From Anthoceros angustus (lineage: Eukaryota > Plantae > Anthocerotophyta): DNA of 64,000 bases. The notes under the pieces are model-generated. The model ran no database searches and was not told the origin of the DNA. It was given only the letters and a program-made list of their open reading frames with translations. The translations under genes and the position numbers were made by a program. The DNA is taken from NCBI GenBank assembly GCA_010909165.1, contig MU008186.1, positions 1 through 64,000 of the forward strand. The letters are read 5' to 3'. Shown one piece after another: positions 51,959 through 62,758 of this stretch (the stretch's first letter is position 1; the number at the start of each line of letters is the position of its first letter).

Positions 51959-54504
51959 ATGCCTGCTCCTGGTAAAGGCTCGCCTGCCAAGGCAGGCGGG
52001 GCCAATGCCTACTCTGTCACCAGCGTCCGCTCTGCAAACAACAAGGCTATCCCTGAAGAAGCTGGAGGGAGGCCTGTACCAGGCAACACTCATGGATCAA
52101 CGCCGCGGAAACCCACGAAGAACTCCAATCCTTTCATGACAGGGCCCATGCATAACCTCATGTGGGATCCCCGAGTTAAACGTGGTCCAACGTTCCTTCA
52201 TAAGGTATGCGAAGCTATAGGTCCTCCTTGTGTCTAGAAACGACTTTGGTTGCTGAACCCTTCTTCTCACGGTGGAATCTTGACCCAATGGTTAGGGCAT
52301 TCAAGAAGAGGAGGTCCCGCCTCCTAAGAAGCATGTGAAGCCAGTGAAGTATGTGGTCAGGGAGATCGGCACACCAGAGCCAGTGAAAGGAAGAAAGCAT
52401 TTGGATGTCCAGGTCAGGCATACCTGTCTCAAGCTGTCAAGGCCCTTCACAACAAACACTGCAGACATCAATCTGCTCTGCCTCTCTCATGAAAAATTGA
52501 TGAGTCAGATCTATCATCCAGGAAAAGGCCTTCTGATAGTAGGGACTGCAGACAGATCAATATTTGGAGGAGCTGGAGGAGAAAATAGCCGAGTACGACG
52601 TCGACACACAGACAGATCCCTTCCTAGACCGTCCTGCGACTCCGCTCTACATTCCAGTCAAGTCAGGCCCTGACAAGTGGACACAGGTACCAACCTTTAC
52701 CTTGATATCGAATTCATTCAGCGGAAGAAATGGCTATGAGCTCGTGAAAGACATATTGCAGGTTTTTGGGGGATGCTTACTGGTAGAACAGCTATGTCCT
52801 CATACAGGCCGTACAGGTTCACATCATGATCTGGCGTCATCCTCCTGTATTCTCTTGTAGAAATGGCTAACAGACACATAAAATGTGGGATTGCGGGTTG
52901 GACTGTTGGGTGATGGGTTGTAAGCGCTCCTCTCTGCCTCAACTCATGAGTGTAAACCATCGTCAAAGTCCCGGAGATAGGAGATAAGGGTGCTTTCTGT
53001 GGTAGATTTGTAACTTGGCCGGTAGAGGGTAATTCATTCTTCTGCAGCCTTGAGTGAAACAGTCAACATCCGGGTGGTCATGTGTCACGTTCGTATCCCC
53101 TGAAACTTTACGAAGCATGCCTGGAATCTTCTGCAGATAGAAGATGGAGACCTATTTGACTTCGACATGGAGGTTGAGCCCATGTTGGAGGTGCTGGTTG
53201 GTAGAACCCTGGAGCAGTCCCTTCTGGAGGTCATGGAGGAGCAACAGCTTGCCCTCTTACGGTCCCACCAGGTTCTCATCTTTCACTTTGCTCCACGAAA
53301 GCTAGCTGTGGTTGGGCCGATGCTCTCGTTAGTCAGACTCCTGATCAGGTGCTATTGAAAATCAGGCACATTATGAAAAAGTCCGCATGGCTGAGTTGGT
53401 GGCAACTCAAAGGATGGAGGCATCTGAGAGGAGGATGCTTGAGGAGAAGGAAAGACGCAAGAAACAAGAGAGGGAGCGGCTGCTCGCAGAGAAGCTCTTG
53501 GCAGAAAAGGCAAGAATTTGTGGAAAAACTTACTGTTCTCACACCACCACTGGCTCTGTCCTCAAGATTGCACAGGATACACAGTTGTGTGTCTTCCAGC
53601 AAAGCTATTACGGGGAGCGAGTTTGACACTAAAGTACCTCCTCGTTGAACATGTAGGTCGATGCTCAGAAATATGCAAGATGGTATCTCAGAGAGTTGAA
53701 GAACTATGTGTTGGATCAACTGGCAAAGGAGGGCTACTTCTTCGATCCCGTTGAAAGAGAGGTAAGTTTTCTCCTTTTGTGCCAGGAGGTGAGACACATG
53801 AAAGCATCAAGCATGCTGACCAACTTCCCACACACTTCAGGTTGAGACAATGTACCTCCCGCTCTTGAAGACACACATGTTGGAGGAGCTTGAGAAGAGC
53901 AGGTTGTCAGTCTCTGTGTTGAATGGACTGGTAAGCCTGACTGCGATACTTTCCACGTGAAGCGCATCCCTCACACCAAACTGCCAGCTTGGTCCCTAAT
54001 CCCGGCAACATGCAGGTGTCCTTGACTGCACCGCCATGCACCCCGGAGTCCCTGCTCGTTGCAAAGGAGAACTTAGAGGCTCTCCTGCAGAGGGTGCTAG
54101 CACTGGTGACAGCCACAGATGTACTGGGTGACGTGATGTTGGATACCACAGCCTCGCACATTGCTTTGCTCGACACTACCAGCCACATGACTGCGGACGC
54201 TTTGATAGACGTGAGCGCCGAGATCATTGCTGAAGAATTCGGCACCAGGCAAGTGCTGAGCGACGTTCTGATAGACACTACCGCGGAGCGGCTGGCACAA
54301 GTGGATGCCACAAGGCAGGTTTTGAGTGACACTTTGGTGGACGCCACTGCCGCCGGGCTTGTCACCTCAGGAACCACAGGGGAACTCCTGGGCGGATTGG
54401 TGAGCGACGCTGTGGATGTGGATCAAGGCACCAGAGACGTGATGCGGAATTTGCTCAGCTCTGCATTTCTGCCTCCCGGACCTCCTGGATCCCGACCTTC
54501 TTAA
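51959..54504 (+). CDS. RSP3: Flagellar radial spoke protein 3, multi-exon
   Basis: NLMWDPRVKRGPT, TPEPVKGRKHLDVQ, YLEEL..DTQTDPFLDRPATPLYIPVKSGPD, IEDGDLFDFDMEVEPMLEVLVGRTLEQSLLEVMEE, EEKERRKKQ, GYFFDPVERE. Confidence 0.95.
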
Positions 54505-55140
54505 AATTTCTGGCTTCTCATCTGGCCATCTTTGGCCGCCTCCTCAGGCATGCCATCATACTGGCAACGGCGGAGTGTTGATCATACAAATTTTGTCACC
54601 GAGCATCAGATGGATCCATAGTCCTGTGTCCAGCCCAGCCAAACAAGGAACAACCCAACAAAATCCGTGCAACGATTCTACAGCAGTTGCAGTTGCAGTC
54701 ATTCATTCAATAAAGAGTCACATTGTCTCCCCCTCCCCATCTTCTGCATGCTGGGCAGTATTGTCTGCAAGAGAACTGCGTGCTGTGCAACACTGTGCGC
54801 AAGAGAACAGGAGTTGAGCGTTCTCTCAACCCTGTGGTGTTGGATGGTTGGTTAGCGATCCTCTTAAACCTGGAAGATCCGTTTGCTTTGCCCGGCACGA
54901 GGTGCATAAGGTGAGGTGCATATAGTGCAAACGCCGCAGACTGTCGTCACATATGTGCTCATCTATTTTGGGCGAGGTATCTGCATCTGCACATCTGTCG
55001 ACACCGCGGCCTCTGACAAGTTAGCAGCCTGGAGGGTTGGCCTACATGGAGTCGTGAATCGCAGAGGCAAGGCGCTTCTTTGCGCATCGTGGCCTGGTTG
55101 CGAGAATTCTGTGAAGATGAACATCGTGTTGTTTCAAAAC

Positions 55141-56831
55141 ATGGAGGAGACGGGATCACCGAGCAGGTCTCCTCGGGCAGAGGAGAAGGCGTGCCAGGAC
55201 CCGGTGGCAGAGGTTGCAGCCGCGGATGAGCAGCCCGAGATGGAGCAGCAGTGCGACTGGGACCTACCTCTGGATTTACTGGCCAAGTGCTTTCTTCCAT
55301 TGACTTCCATGAGGGACATGGCTGCGTGAGGAAACTCTCTGGGTTGTGGTGATTGCCTGAAATGTTTGCTCGAGGCGTGATAACGTGGAGGCATGCTGAG
55401 GAGCCGTGCCGTTTTCGTTGCAGAGCAAGCATGGTGAACAAGAAGTGGAGGAGGGGAATGAAGGAGGCGTTGGCGCAGCGGGAGAAGATGAGTTTTGCAG
55501 CTTTTCGGACGGATGACTCTAGTATGGCAAGAATGGTGGCTGCAGCTCGGAATCTGCTGGAGCTTGACATGTTGGTTTTCCACCTTTCCTTGTATCTTGT
55601 CTTGGTGCTCTGCCCTGGCTCTGGCCGTGCGCAGGGGTCAGGTGGGAGGGTAGACATGATGTGGTTGTTGGTTCTCTAAGTCAGGGATGGTTGCCTCACA
55701 GGGTCCTTTACAGGAAGTTTCAGCACAACTTCAGGGCATTGCTGGGATGAAGAAGTCCCTGCTTGAGAGTTTTTCGCTTGATGAGGCTTTTAGGAATCAA
55801 GCGACCAGTACGTAGTAGTAAAAGGCAGTGCTCGTAGTAGGCACCAGCTCAACTTGGGTCTTGATGTGATTAGGTTCGGGGCACACCGGTTTGCAGTTCT
55901 GTAGACGACATGGGCCTTGGGTTGTATACTGGATTGATTAGGCGTAGGCATGTATAGTGGATTGAGTAGGCTTAGGCATGGACCCGACCAGTACTTAGTA
56001 GTGCAAAAGACATCGTAGTCTGTAGCTCTCCAGATGAAAGGGGCTTGATTTGTGTGTCAATCTGTGCAGCCATTTCAACCGGTGGGGTTCTTGTATCACT
56101 GATGCTGGCTTGAAGAGCATTTCATCGGCAAGCTGTTGCCGGAATCTGCGGGCGTTGTCCGTTTTCGGAGTAGCTGGTATCACAGACGAAGGTGTCATCC
56201 ACCTGGTGAGTAGGATATTCAAGTTGCAGGGCCCAACAAGTTGATCACCGGTTGTGAAGCTGAACGAAATGTCACGGTTGTCTTGTGAAATAGCTCCATG
56301 CCGCACATTTCTCTACCTTGCGCGTGATTGTTTGAACTGATCCGTTTCTGAAAGTAGTGCGCGAGCATCTCTTACTTCAGGTAACGCATGCACCTGCTTT
56401 GGAGCATTTGAATGTCGGCGGCACCTTCATCACGGATGCGTCGCTCACAGCAGTTGCCAGATCTTGCACCTATCTAAAGGTTACTGTCAGAAGTACTGTT
56501 ATTCCTGCCTCAAGCAATGCCCGCCTAACGATCTGCTAACTGCACCAGTTTTATGACATGCTTGCAGACGCTCAGTCTGTGGGGATGTGTGAACGTGACA
56601 GAGGCTGGTCTCCTGGCTGTGGCTGAGGGTTGCCCATACCTTGCTACCCTCAATGTGGGTTGTCTCAGAACTTCCAAGGCCTTGGAGCTTCATTTACTGT
56701 CGTTCAATCCGTATCTGAAGCTGAAGCCCAGTCATCTGGTTTCTCGACCTGCAAAGTCCCAGGGAGCAAGTTCTTCGACGTCGGTGTCGTTCAACACTGC
56801 GTCATACCACCTTCACTCATTCGTCAGCTAA
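55141..56831 (+). CDS. F-box/LRR protein (At5g67140-like), 5 exons
   Basis: Exons ~55141-55325, 55424-55570, 56070-56205, 56381-56479, 56568-56831. DLPLDLLAKCF F-box, RWGSCITDAGL, GITDEGV, LEHLNVGGTFITD. Confidence 0.88.
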
Positions 56832-57476
56832 GGGGGATGTCTTTCCTGCTTGCAGGCAGCTTTGTTTTATGCTTTGTCTTGTACTCTAGTCCTGGTTGCT
56901 GGTGTATGGTGTAGGCAAGGCAGTGTACCTAGTGTGATTTAAAATGTACAGATTGGGCGCTGGTAATTGTGCCACCAGCTAGCTTATGTTTCGATTCTTT
57001 TCCGACGTAGTGGGTATCAGTTTCTCTCTTGTTGTAATCTGATGAGCCGTGGGAGCAACAAAAGTTTGCAGTCGTGGACGTACATATGCAAATGGAAAGT
57101 CTTTGAATTTTAAATGTTACACATCCCATTGCTTTTTCAAACTCGACGGCAAATGAAGTCCTTCTAAACGCCCGAATTTTGTCCTTCAAAAACCCTAGGC
57201 AATCTCTGAGTGTGGAAACGACTAGGATAAATTAATCCTGCTGTCACACCAGGCAATCCTGAGTGTGCCCAGACATTCTCGTGCTCCACACTTGGGAAGT
57301 GCAGTGTGGAACAGACTCATATTCTTCCTGCCTCATTTTTTTTCCTGTCTCAAATTTTCCATCCTCAAATTATCTCACCTGCTTCAAACTTTCCTGGCTC
57401 AAATTTCTCCTGCTCCAAATTGTCCGTGCCTCAAATTTCCCCAGCCTCAAAATTTTCCTGCTCCAGCTCCGGCCTG

Positions 57477-58859
57477 CTAAGGTGAGATGAAGAGATCTGG
57501 CTTGAGGTCCAGAAACTGATAGGTTTCAGCAAGGTGCAAAGTTCTCTGCCAAGAGTGCTTAACCATATGGTAAGCAAAGACATAATTCTCCAACGATGAA
57601 CCTAAGCGCACAGTGAGGAAGACGATGTCTCCCACAACCTGCAGTTTCTGGACACACTTGTTCCTCCTGGATCTATCCAAGCCAGACTGGGCAAGAGGGA
57701 GGAGATCCTCGGGCGGCATTCCTGCTACCTGCACCCAATTGAGCGATGCCTCCAGCACCCACATGGCCCCGTGCCAGCACAGCAGCTTGCCCCTGTGCTC
57801 CCCCACAAGCACGTGGCCCTCCTCTCCCCAGAAGCCGGGCTGGAAGTCGGGCACGTCCACCGACCGGATGCAGAATGCGGTGTGGGTGAAGGTCACCACC
57901 TTGCGCGGCCCGCAGGCGGTCCCGTCCGTGATGGCGTACAGGCAGAAATTGGTGAAGAAGAATCTGTCGTAGCCGTTGGGCGAGAAGGTGACTCCAACGA
58001 CGCCGTGGTCGTGAACCGCGTTCCAGTCGCGGTCGCTGCTGGAGTAGACATACACCTGGCCCCGACGCAGTTCCCCGCCCGCGTGCCAAATTACGCACAC
58101 CTTGAAGCTGGCCTCGGCCGGGCCGGACGCGTCCACCACCAGATTGGCCTCCACCTCGTAGAAGGAGTAGTGCGACATGTCCAGCGCCGGCAGCTCCCGG
58201 AAGGTGCGGTTCACGGGGTTCACGACGCAGTACCAGAGCGCGTGAGGGTCCCATGTCCTGGTCTGGATGCAGATGAGCCCGCACCGGGAGGACGCCACCC
58301 TAACATGCCCGTCCTCCACAGTCCTGAACTTGGTTGGCAGGAAATCCAGCTCCACATTCAGCGTCCTGAAGAGATGCCGGGGCCGGGCCACCTCGTCCGG
58401 ATCCTGCACGAATCCCCTCCCCCTGCGGTGGTACCACAGCGCGCACACCTCCGCCCGCACGGGAGCCGACGGATCTTGGCACCTGCTGAGGAAGTCCGGC
58501 GACGACAGTATCCATCGCCAGTGCTTGCACACGGCCCGGAATCGGGCGCGGGTCGCCAGCGGCAGCAGCGGCAGCGTGCGATCCAGGATCTCCTCCGGCA
58601 GCTCGCTCCATATCGCGCCCTCCAGCTGCTGCTCGGGTGCGGAACACGCCTTGAGCTTGCCTGCCTCGCTGAAGCTCTCCCCGAGCATCACCATGTGCAG
58701 CTCCAGATGCAGCGGCCGCTCAAGATCCAGATCCATCAGCCTGGCCGCCACATCGCCCGCGTCCTCGTCTTCGTCTTCGGCCTTCTGTTCCTCCGTCCCT
58801 GACCAGGCGCGCTTCTGCTTCTCCGCTTCCACGCCATTGTCGCTCGCCACGCCAGCCAT
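57477..58859 (-). CDS. Intronless F-box protein with a C-terminal beta-propeller-like domain
   Basis: IWSELPEEILDRTLPLLPLATRARFRAVCKHWRWILSSPDF, ASSRCGLICI, VVNPVNRTFRELP, YSSSDRDW. Confidence 0.92.
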   Translation of the reverse strand: MAGVASDNGVEAEKQKRAWSGTEEQKAEDEDEDAGDVAARLMDLDLERPLHLELHMVMLGESFSEAGKLKACSAPEQQLEGAIWSELPEEILDRTLPLLPLATRARFRAVCKHWRWILSSPDFLSRCQDPSAPVRAEVCALWYHRRGRGFVQDPDEVARPRHLFRTLNVELDFLPTKFRTVEDGHVRVASSRCGLICIQTRTWDPHALWYCVVNPVNRTFRELPALDMSHYSFYEVEANLVVDASGPAEASFKVCVIWHAGGELRRGQVYVYSSSDRDWNAVHDHGVVGVTFSPNGYDRFFFTNFCLYAITDGTACGPRKVVTFTHTAFCIRSVDVPDFQPGFWGEEGHVLVGEHRGKLLCWHGAMWVLEASLNWVQVAGMPPEDLLPLAQSGLDRSRRNKCVQKLQVVGDIVFLTVRLGSSLENYVFAYHMVKHSWQRTLHLAETYQFLDLKPDLFISP

Positions 58860-59388
58860 TTCCCCCAAAGAAAAAGAATGGCGAAGGAGGGGCAACTTAG
58901 AAAGGTTGCGGCCTTTATAAACCCTTCGCCCAAACCGGGCTTCCGGGCTTGCTTTGCTTAAACGACATGGGATTGGCGGATCACTGTTTCTCTCTTGCTT
59001 TCAAAAGCCAAATGCTCATGTATGTAGTCTAGGTATATATGTGGAACCAGAATATCTGTCATAAAAGGGAGCACACAGACAAGTGACAGCACAACAGCAA
59101 GGGGTGTTGCTAATCGCGGGCCGGATACCTATATTCGGCGATGCGATTTGGCGAAGCATCACAAGCTTGCGCAACCCCTTGGAGAGCACATGTCGCAAAA
59201 CTATCAGCCTCTCCTGCAGTGTACATCTTGCAGTAGCAAAAACTACATACATGTGTAGGAAGGAAATGTACATACAGGGGAAAAATGTAGGTACACTGAT
59301 GAAGAAGAAGCTCTCTCACCAGCCACCGTTTCTACAGTTTCAAGAAAGCTTAGCCTCTCTGATGATCTTGGGTCTTCTAAATCTACTA

Positions 59389-60945
59389 CTACCTGGCAGT
59401 GGCAGTAGTGGCAGTCTTGAGGCCCAGCAGGCGGCGGCATGTGTGAAGAATGCCCTTCTTCTTCTTCGGGGGAACAGCCCAGGCCGGAACAGCATACCTG
59501 CCGTTGGCGGGATCCGTCCAGTGGGAAGCAACCCTGGGCTTGCAGCATGCCTGGCAGATCTTCGCGTCCTCTGGGCCAGGTACTCCCTTGACGAGCACTC
59601 CCAGGCCTCGCCCGCAGTTGGAGCACTGTAAGACGTGGGACTGCTCTCGCATGGAGTAAACCCTGGCAGAGGTTAAGGCCGCCCTGCTGGGAGCCTGCTC
59701 CCGCACCGACGCTGCGCGTTGCAGCACAGCAGCAGCAGTCATGCCCGCATTCCTGTCCCTCTCTCCCACCGAGGATGACCTGTAGCCGAAGTCCTCATCC
59801 AGATCCGGCACAGGGGGTGAGACGCGGTCGTAGCGCATGGACTGGGAGTGCGGCTTGCCCCAGAAGCAATGCTCCGGCTCCTGCTCCCAGCTGCCCTGTC
59901 GGTCACTGCTGTTGGAGAACACGGGTGTGGAGTAGTCCCGCCCCTGCGCCTGGTGGAAGCTCTGGTAACTGGCTCTGGAGGAAGCTGATGCCAGGTGACC
60001 TTCTCGGAGGGAGAGGGCACGCTGCACGGCGGCGCCGAGGGACGACGGCATTTCACCCCTGTCCCTGTCCATGTTGGGAACCGAGATCGGCTCCTCCCCG
60101 AAGCCGCCTCCTCTGCCTCGGCTGTAGCCATTCCCGTTAGCCCGCTCCATGTTCGTCGAGCTCCTCTCGAACGGATTCGTCCCCGAGCCTGGCCCGTTGA
60201 TCACATGCCTGGAGTCAGGAGCTGGAGCAAAGCCGGGGTCGGGAACGTGATTCAGGTGCCTCTCAAACGGATTAGTGTTCCCCCTGAAATGCGTCTCCAA
60301 GCAGGGAGCGTAGCCTCCCGCATCCCGCATGGAAGCAGATCTCTGCACAGCGGCGGCCCAGGAGCCTCCGTCCCTTGTGGAAGCAACTTTCTGGCCGGAG
60401 AAAGTGGAGAGCCAGTCGGACTCACGGCCGCTCTCCCTCTCCCCCCACGGATCCACCTTCTCTCCCTCCCCCGAGTCCTTCTCCCACTCTCCTGCACCAT
60501 CACCAAGGCGGGAATACCTGGACTGCTTGCTCGACTCCCTGAAAGAGGTCACTCTGTGCAGCGTCGCTCCGAACCGGCCACCTCCGTACTCCGAGGACCC
60601 GTTCTGAGCTGCTTTTCCCTGCACACTCTTCTCCCGCACGCCATCCGCGCTCTCATCCAAACCGGGAGCTTCCTTGGCCGCCTTCCTCCCCGCAGGCGAG
60701 GCATCCGCCTTCCCCTTCGGACTCACATCCTTCTCAGCGGCATCACTCCCTCCCTCATCCGGCGAGCCGGAAGACGGCGGCCCGGATCCGGGAGACATGC
60801 TCCCGGAACTCGCAACCGGAGCGGGAGCTTGCGGCCCGAGCTTCACGAAGGGAGCCGGATGATGATCCTCCGCCTGGAAGAGGTAAGAGTCTCGTTCGGT
60901 GTACTCCTGCTCCCCGGACGTTCGGAGACGATTGTACCGAGGCAT
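59389..60945 (-). CDS. Uncharacterised, largely disordered protein with a C-terminal CxxC..CxxC ribbon and basic amphipathic tail
   Basis: Uninterrupted ORF over 500 codons. QCSNCGRGLG...ICQACC, KKKKGILHTCRRLLGL, recurring VQRSASMR/VQRALSLR/LQRAASVR motifs. Confidence 0.75.
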   Translation of the reverse strand: MPRYNRLRTSGEQEYTERDSYLFQAEDHHPAPFVKLGPQAPAPVASSGSMSPGSGPPSSGSPDEGGSDAAEKDVSPKGKADASPAGRKAAKEAPGLDESADGVREKSVQGKAAQNGSSEYGGGRFGATLHRVTSFRESSKQSRYSRLGDGAGEWEKDSGEGEKVDPWGERESGRESDWLSTFSGQKVASTRDGGSWAAAVQRSASMRDAGGYAPCLETHFRGNTNPFERHLNHVPDPGFAPAPDSRHVINGPGSGTNPFERSSTNMERANGNGYSRGRGGGFGEEPISVPNMDRDRGEMPSSLGAAVQRALSLREGHLASASSRASYQSFHQAQGRDYSTPVFSNSSDRQGSWEQEPEHCFWGKPHSQSMRYDRVSPPVPDLDEDFGYRSSSVGERDRNAGMTAAAVLQRAASVREQAPSRAALTSARVYSMREQSHVLQCSNCGRGLGVLVKGVPGPEDAKICQACCKPRVASHWTDPANGRYAVPAWAVPPKKKKGILHTCRRLLGLKTATTATAR

Positions 60946-62053
60946 TGTCGGGACGGGACGGGACGGGCCGGGCCGGGCCGGGGGAACGGAATTCACACTC
61001 TCAAATCACCTCCTCCGAGCAGCACTGCAACCAAACCTCGCACCTGATCAAAACAGCAATCCCGCAACTTCAAACCGCCAGAAATCCTCCAAGCTCACAG
61101 CTCCAGCAAGCTCCACACGAAACAAGAAGAAATTCGCACAGAACGCAACCCCGGAAGCCGCCTCTCCTCTCCTCTCCTCTCCAACACGAAACAAAACAAC
61201 ACTAAATCCGCACAGAATGGAATGCCGGAACCCGCCTTTCCCTCCCCTCTCCAACACAAGCCAAGAGTCCGAGACAAAAGCGCTCCATGCAACAATGCAA
61301 CGCAAACACGCAAGGCAACGGAATCCGGCACACTCACAAACACGTCTCAAGGCCTACGCAAAAGCGCGCTCTCCTCCAATGCGCGAAACGTGCAAAGCGC
61401 TCAAACCCGCTCCCCGCAACTGTCCAATTGTCGGCCCAGGCTTGTTTCACGCTCCGCGCTGCGATCGCGCGCCAGCAGGCAACAGGAGAGCGCAGGCGGG
61501 AGCAGGCCCGGCCAATGCGGGCGACAAGCAACACAAGGCGGGCCCGAGGAACCTTTTCCTTCGTCCTCCCACCCGGTCGCGGCCCAAAAAATAAATAAAC
61601 GCGAGCGAGCGAGCGTGAAATGTTTTTGAACCGGAAACCGAACAACCAAACCTCTTGCCGACTTTCCGCCGAGCGGGAGCGAACGGTGACGGAACGGAAC
61701 CCTAAAATCATGACGTCACTTAAATGAGCGGCTTTTATTAATTCCCGAAAATCGGGCACAATCGTGTCCGTGTCGGGAGCGGGACGCTCATGGCAAAGCA
61801 GCCCCATAATTGGTCCGCGAATCCCGCAAAATCCCCTCCTTATCATAACAGAACCGCGGCCCCACGGCAAACCCAAACCCGCACCTTTAATAAATCCGGC
61901 CCCGGGTAACCCGGGTAACCCGGGTCACCCGGCCACCTGGCCCGACCCGGCCCTGACGCGTCCTGTCCTTTCTTGCGGACAACAACCGTCAGAGCCGTTG
62001 CCGGTTCACGTGACATTAAGAGCAGCAGCAGGGGAGATGGAGATGGGCGATGG

Positions 62054-62092
62054 AGTCGTTCGAGTCGTTCGAGTCGTTCGAGTCGTTCGAGC
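62054..62092. repeat. 9 bp tandem repeat (GAGTCGTTC)x4
   Basis: Directly visible just upstream of the 62183 ORF. Confidence 0.9.
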
Positions 62093-62182
62093 CGAGCCGT
62101 TCGAATCGGGTGGCGTTTCAGACTCTGCTCCACCCACCACCCACCGATACGCACTGTAGGTGTGCAGACACAGCGGGAGGCT

Positions 62183-62758
62183 ATGGCGGGCAGGAGCGCC
62201 AACCAGTTCCACCATCTGTCGCACAGTTTCGGAAACGGGTACTACACCAGCCCCAAATTCCACTACGGGATCAACCCCACAGTGCCCAGATTCTACCACG
62301 GCAACCGGATCACAAGCTACATCCTGTTCCTTGGCAAGTACAATGGCTTCCGGCCCAGGAACCCCGTGCTGGAGCAAAATCCCAACAGGGTGCTGTTCGA
62401 GCGGCAAGGCAGGAGCTGGGACGGGGAGAAGAAGCTGAAGCCGCTCCCAAACCCTAGCGTCACCACCGTCATCCAGCACAACAACGGCGGCGGGAAGCAC
62501 CGGCTAGCCCGCAGGAACCTCATCTACATGCGGGAGAACGCGCCCGACCCCGAAGATATTCGCAAGCTGCAGGCCATGGAGGCGGTGGAGATGAGGATCC
62601 GGCGGAGGAGCCAGCGGGAGCTGGAGAAGGCGCAGGAAAGGAGGCGGAGCTCGGCGATGGCAGCCGCGTCCGCGGCTGCGAACCCTGCTAACCCTGGAAA
62701 CACTGCAGGCCCTGCCAGTGCACGGGTGCGGTTCCAGTTGCCCCGCCCTGCCGCCTAG
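62183..62758 (+). CDS. Hypothetical basic protein
   Basis: Strong G/C third-position bias from ATG 62183 (MAGRSANQFHHLSHSFGNGYYTSPKF...). No family recognised. It may splice into downstream exons. Confidence 0.6.
   Translation: MAGRSANQFHHLSHSFGNGYYTSPKFHYGINPTVPRFYHGNRITSYILFLGKYNGFRPRNPVLEQNPNRVLFERQGRSWDGEKKLKPLPNPSVTTVIQHNNGGGKHRLARRNLIYMRENAPDPEDIRKLQAMEAVEMRIRRRSQRELEKAQERRRSSAMAAASAAANPANPGNTAGPASARVRFQLPRPAA

Noticed and set aside
57613-58920. Long plus-strand ORFs (343 aa, 217 aa) and the 350 aa ORF at 59995-61047
   Set aside because: They are antisense shadows of GC3-rich genes on the minus strand.
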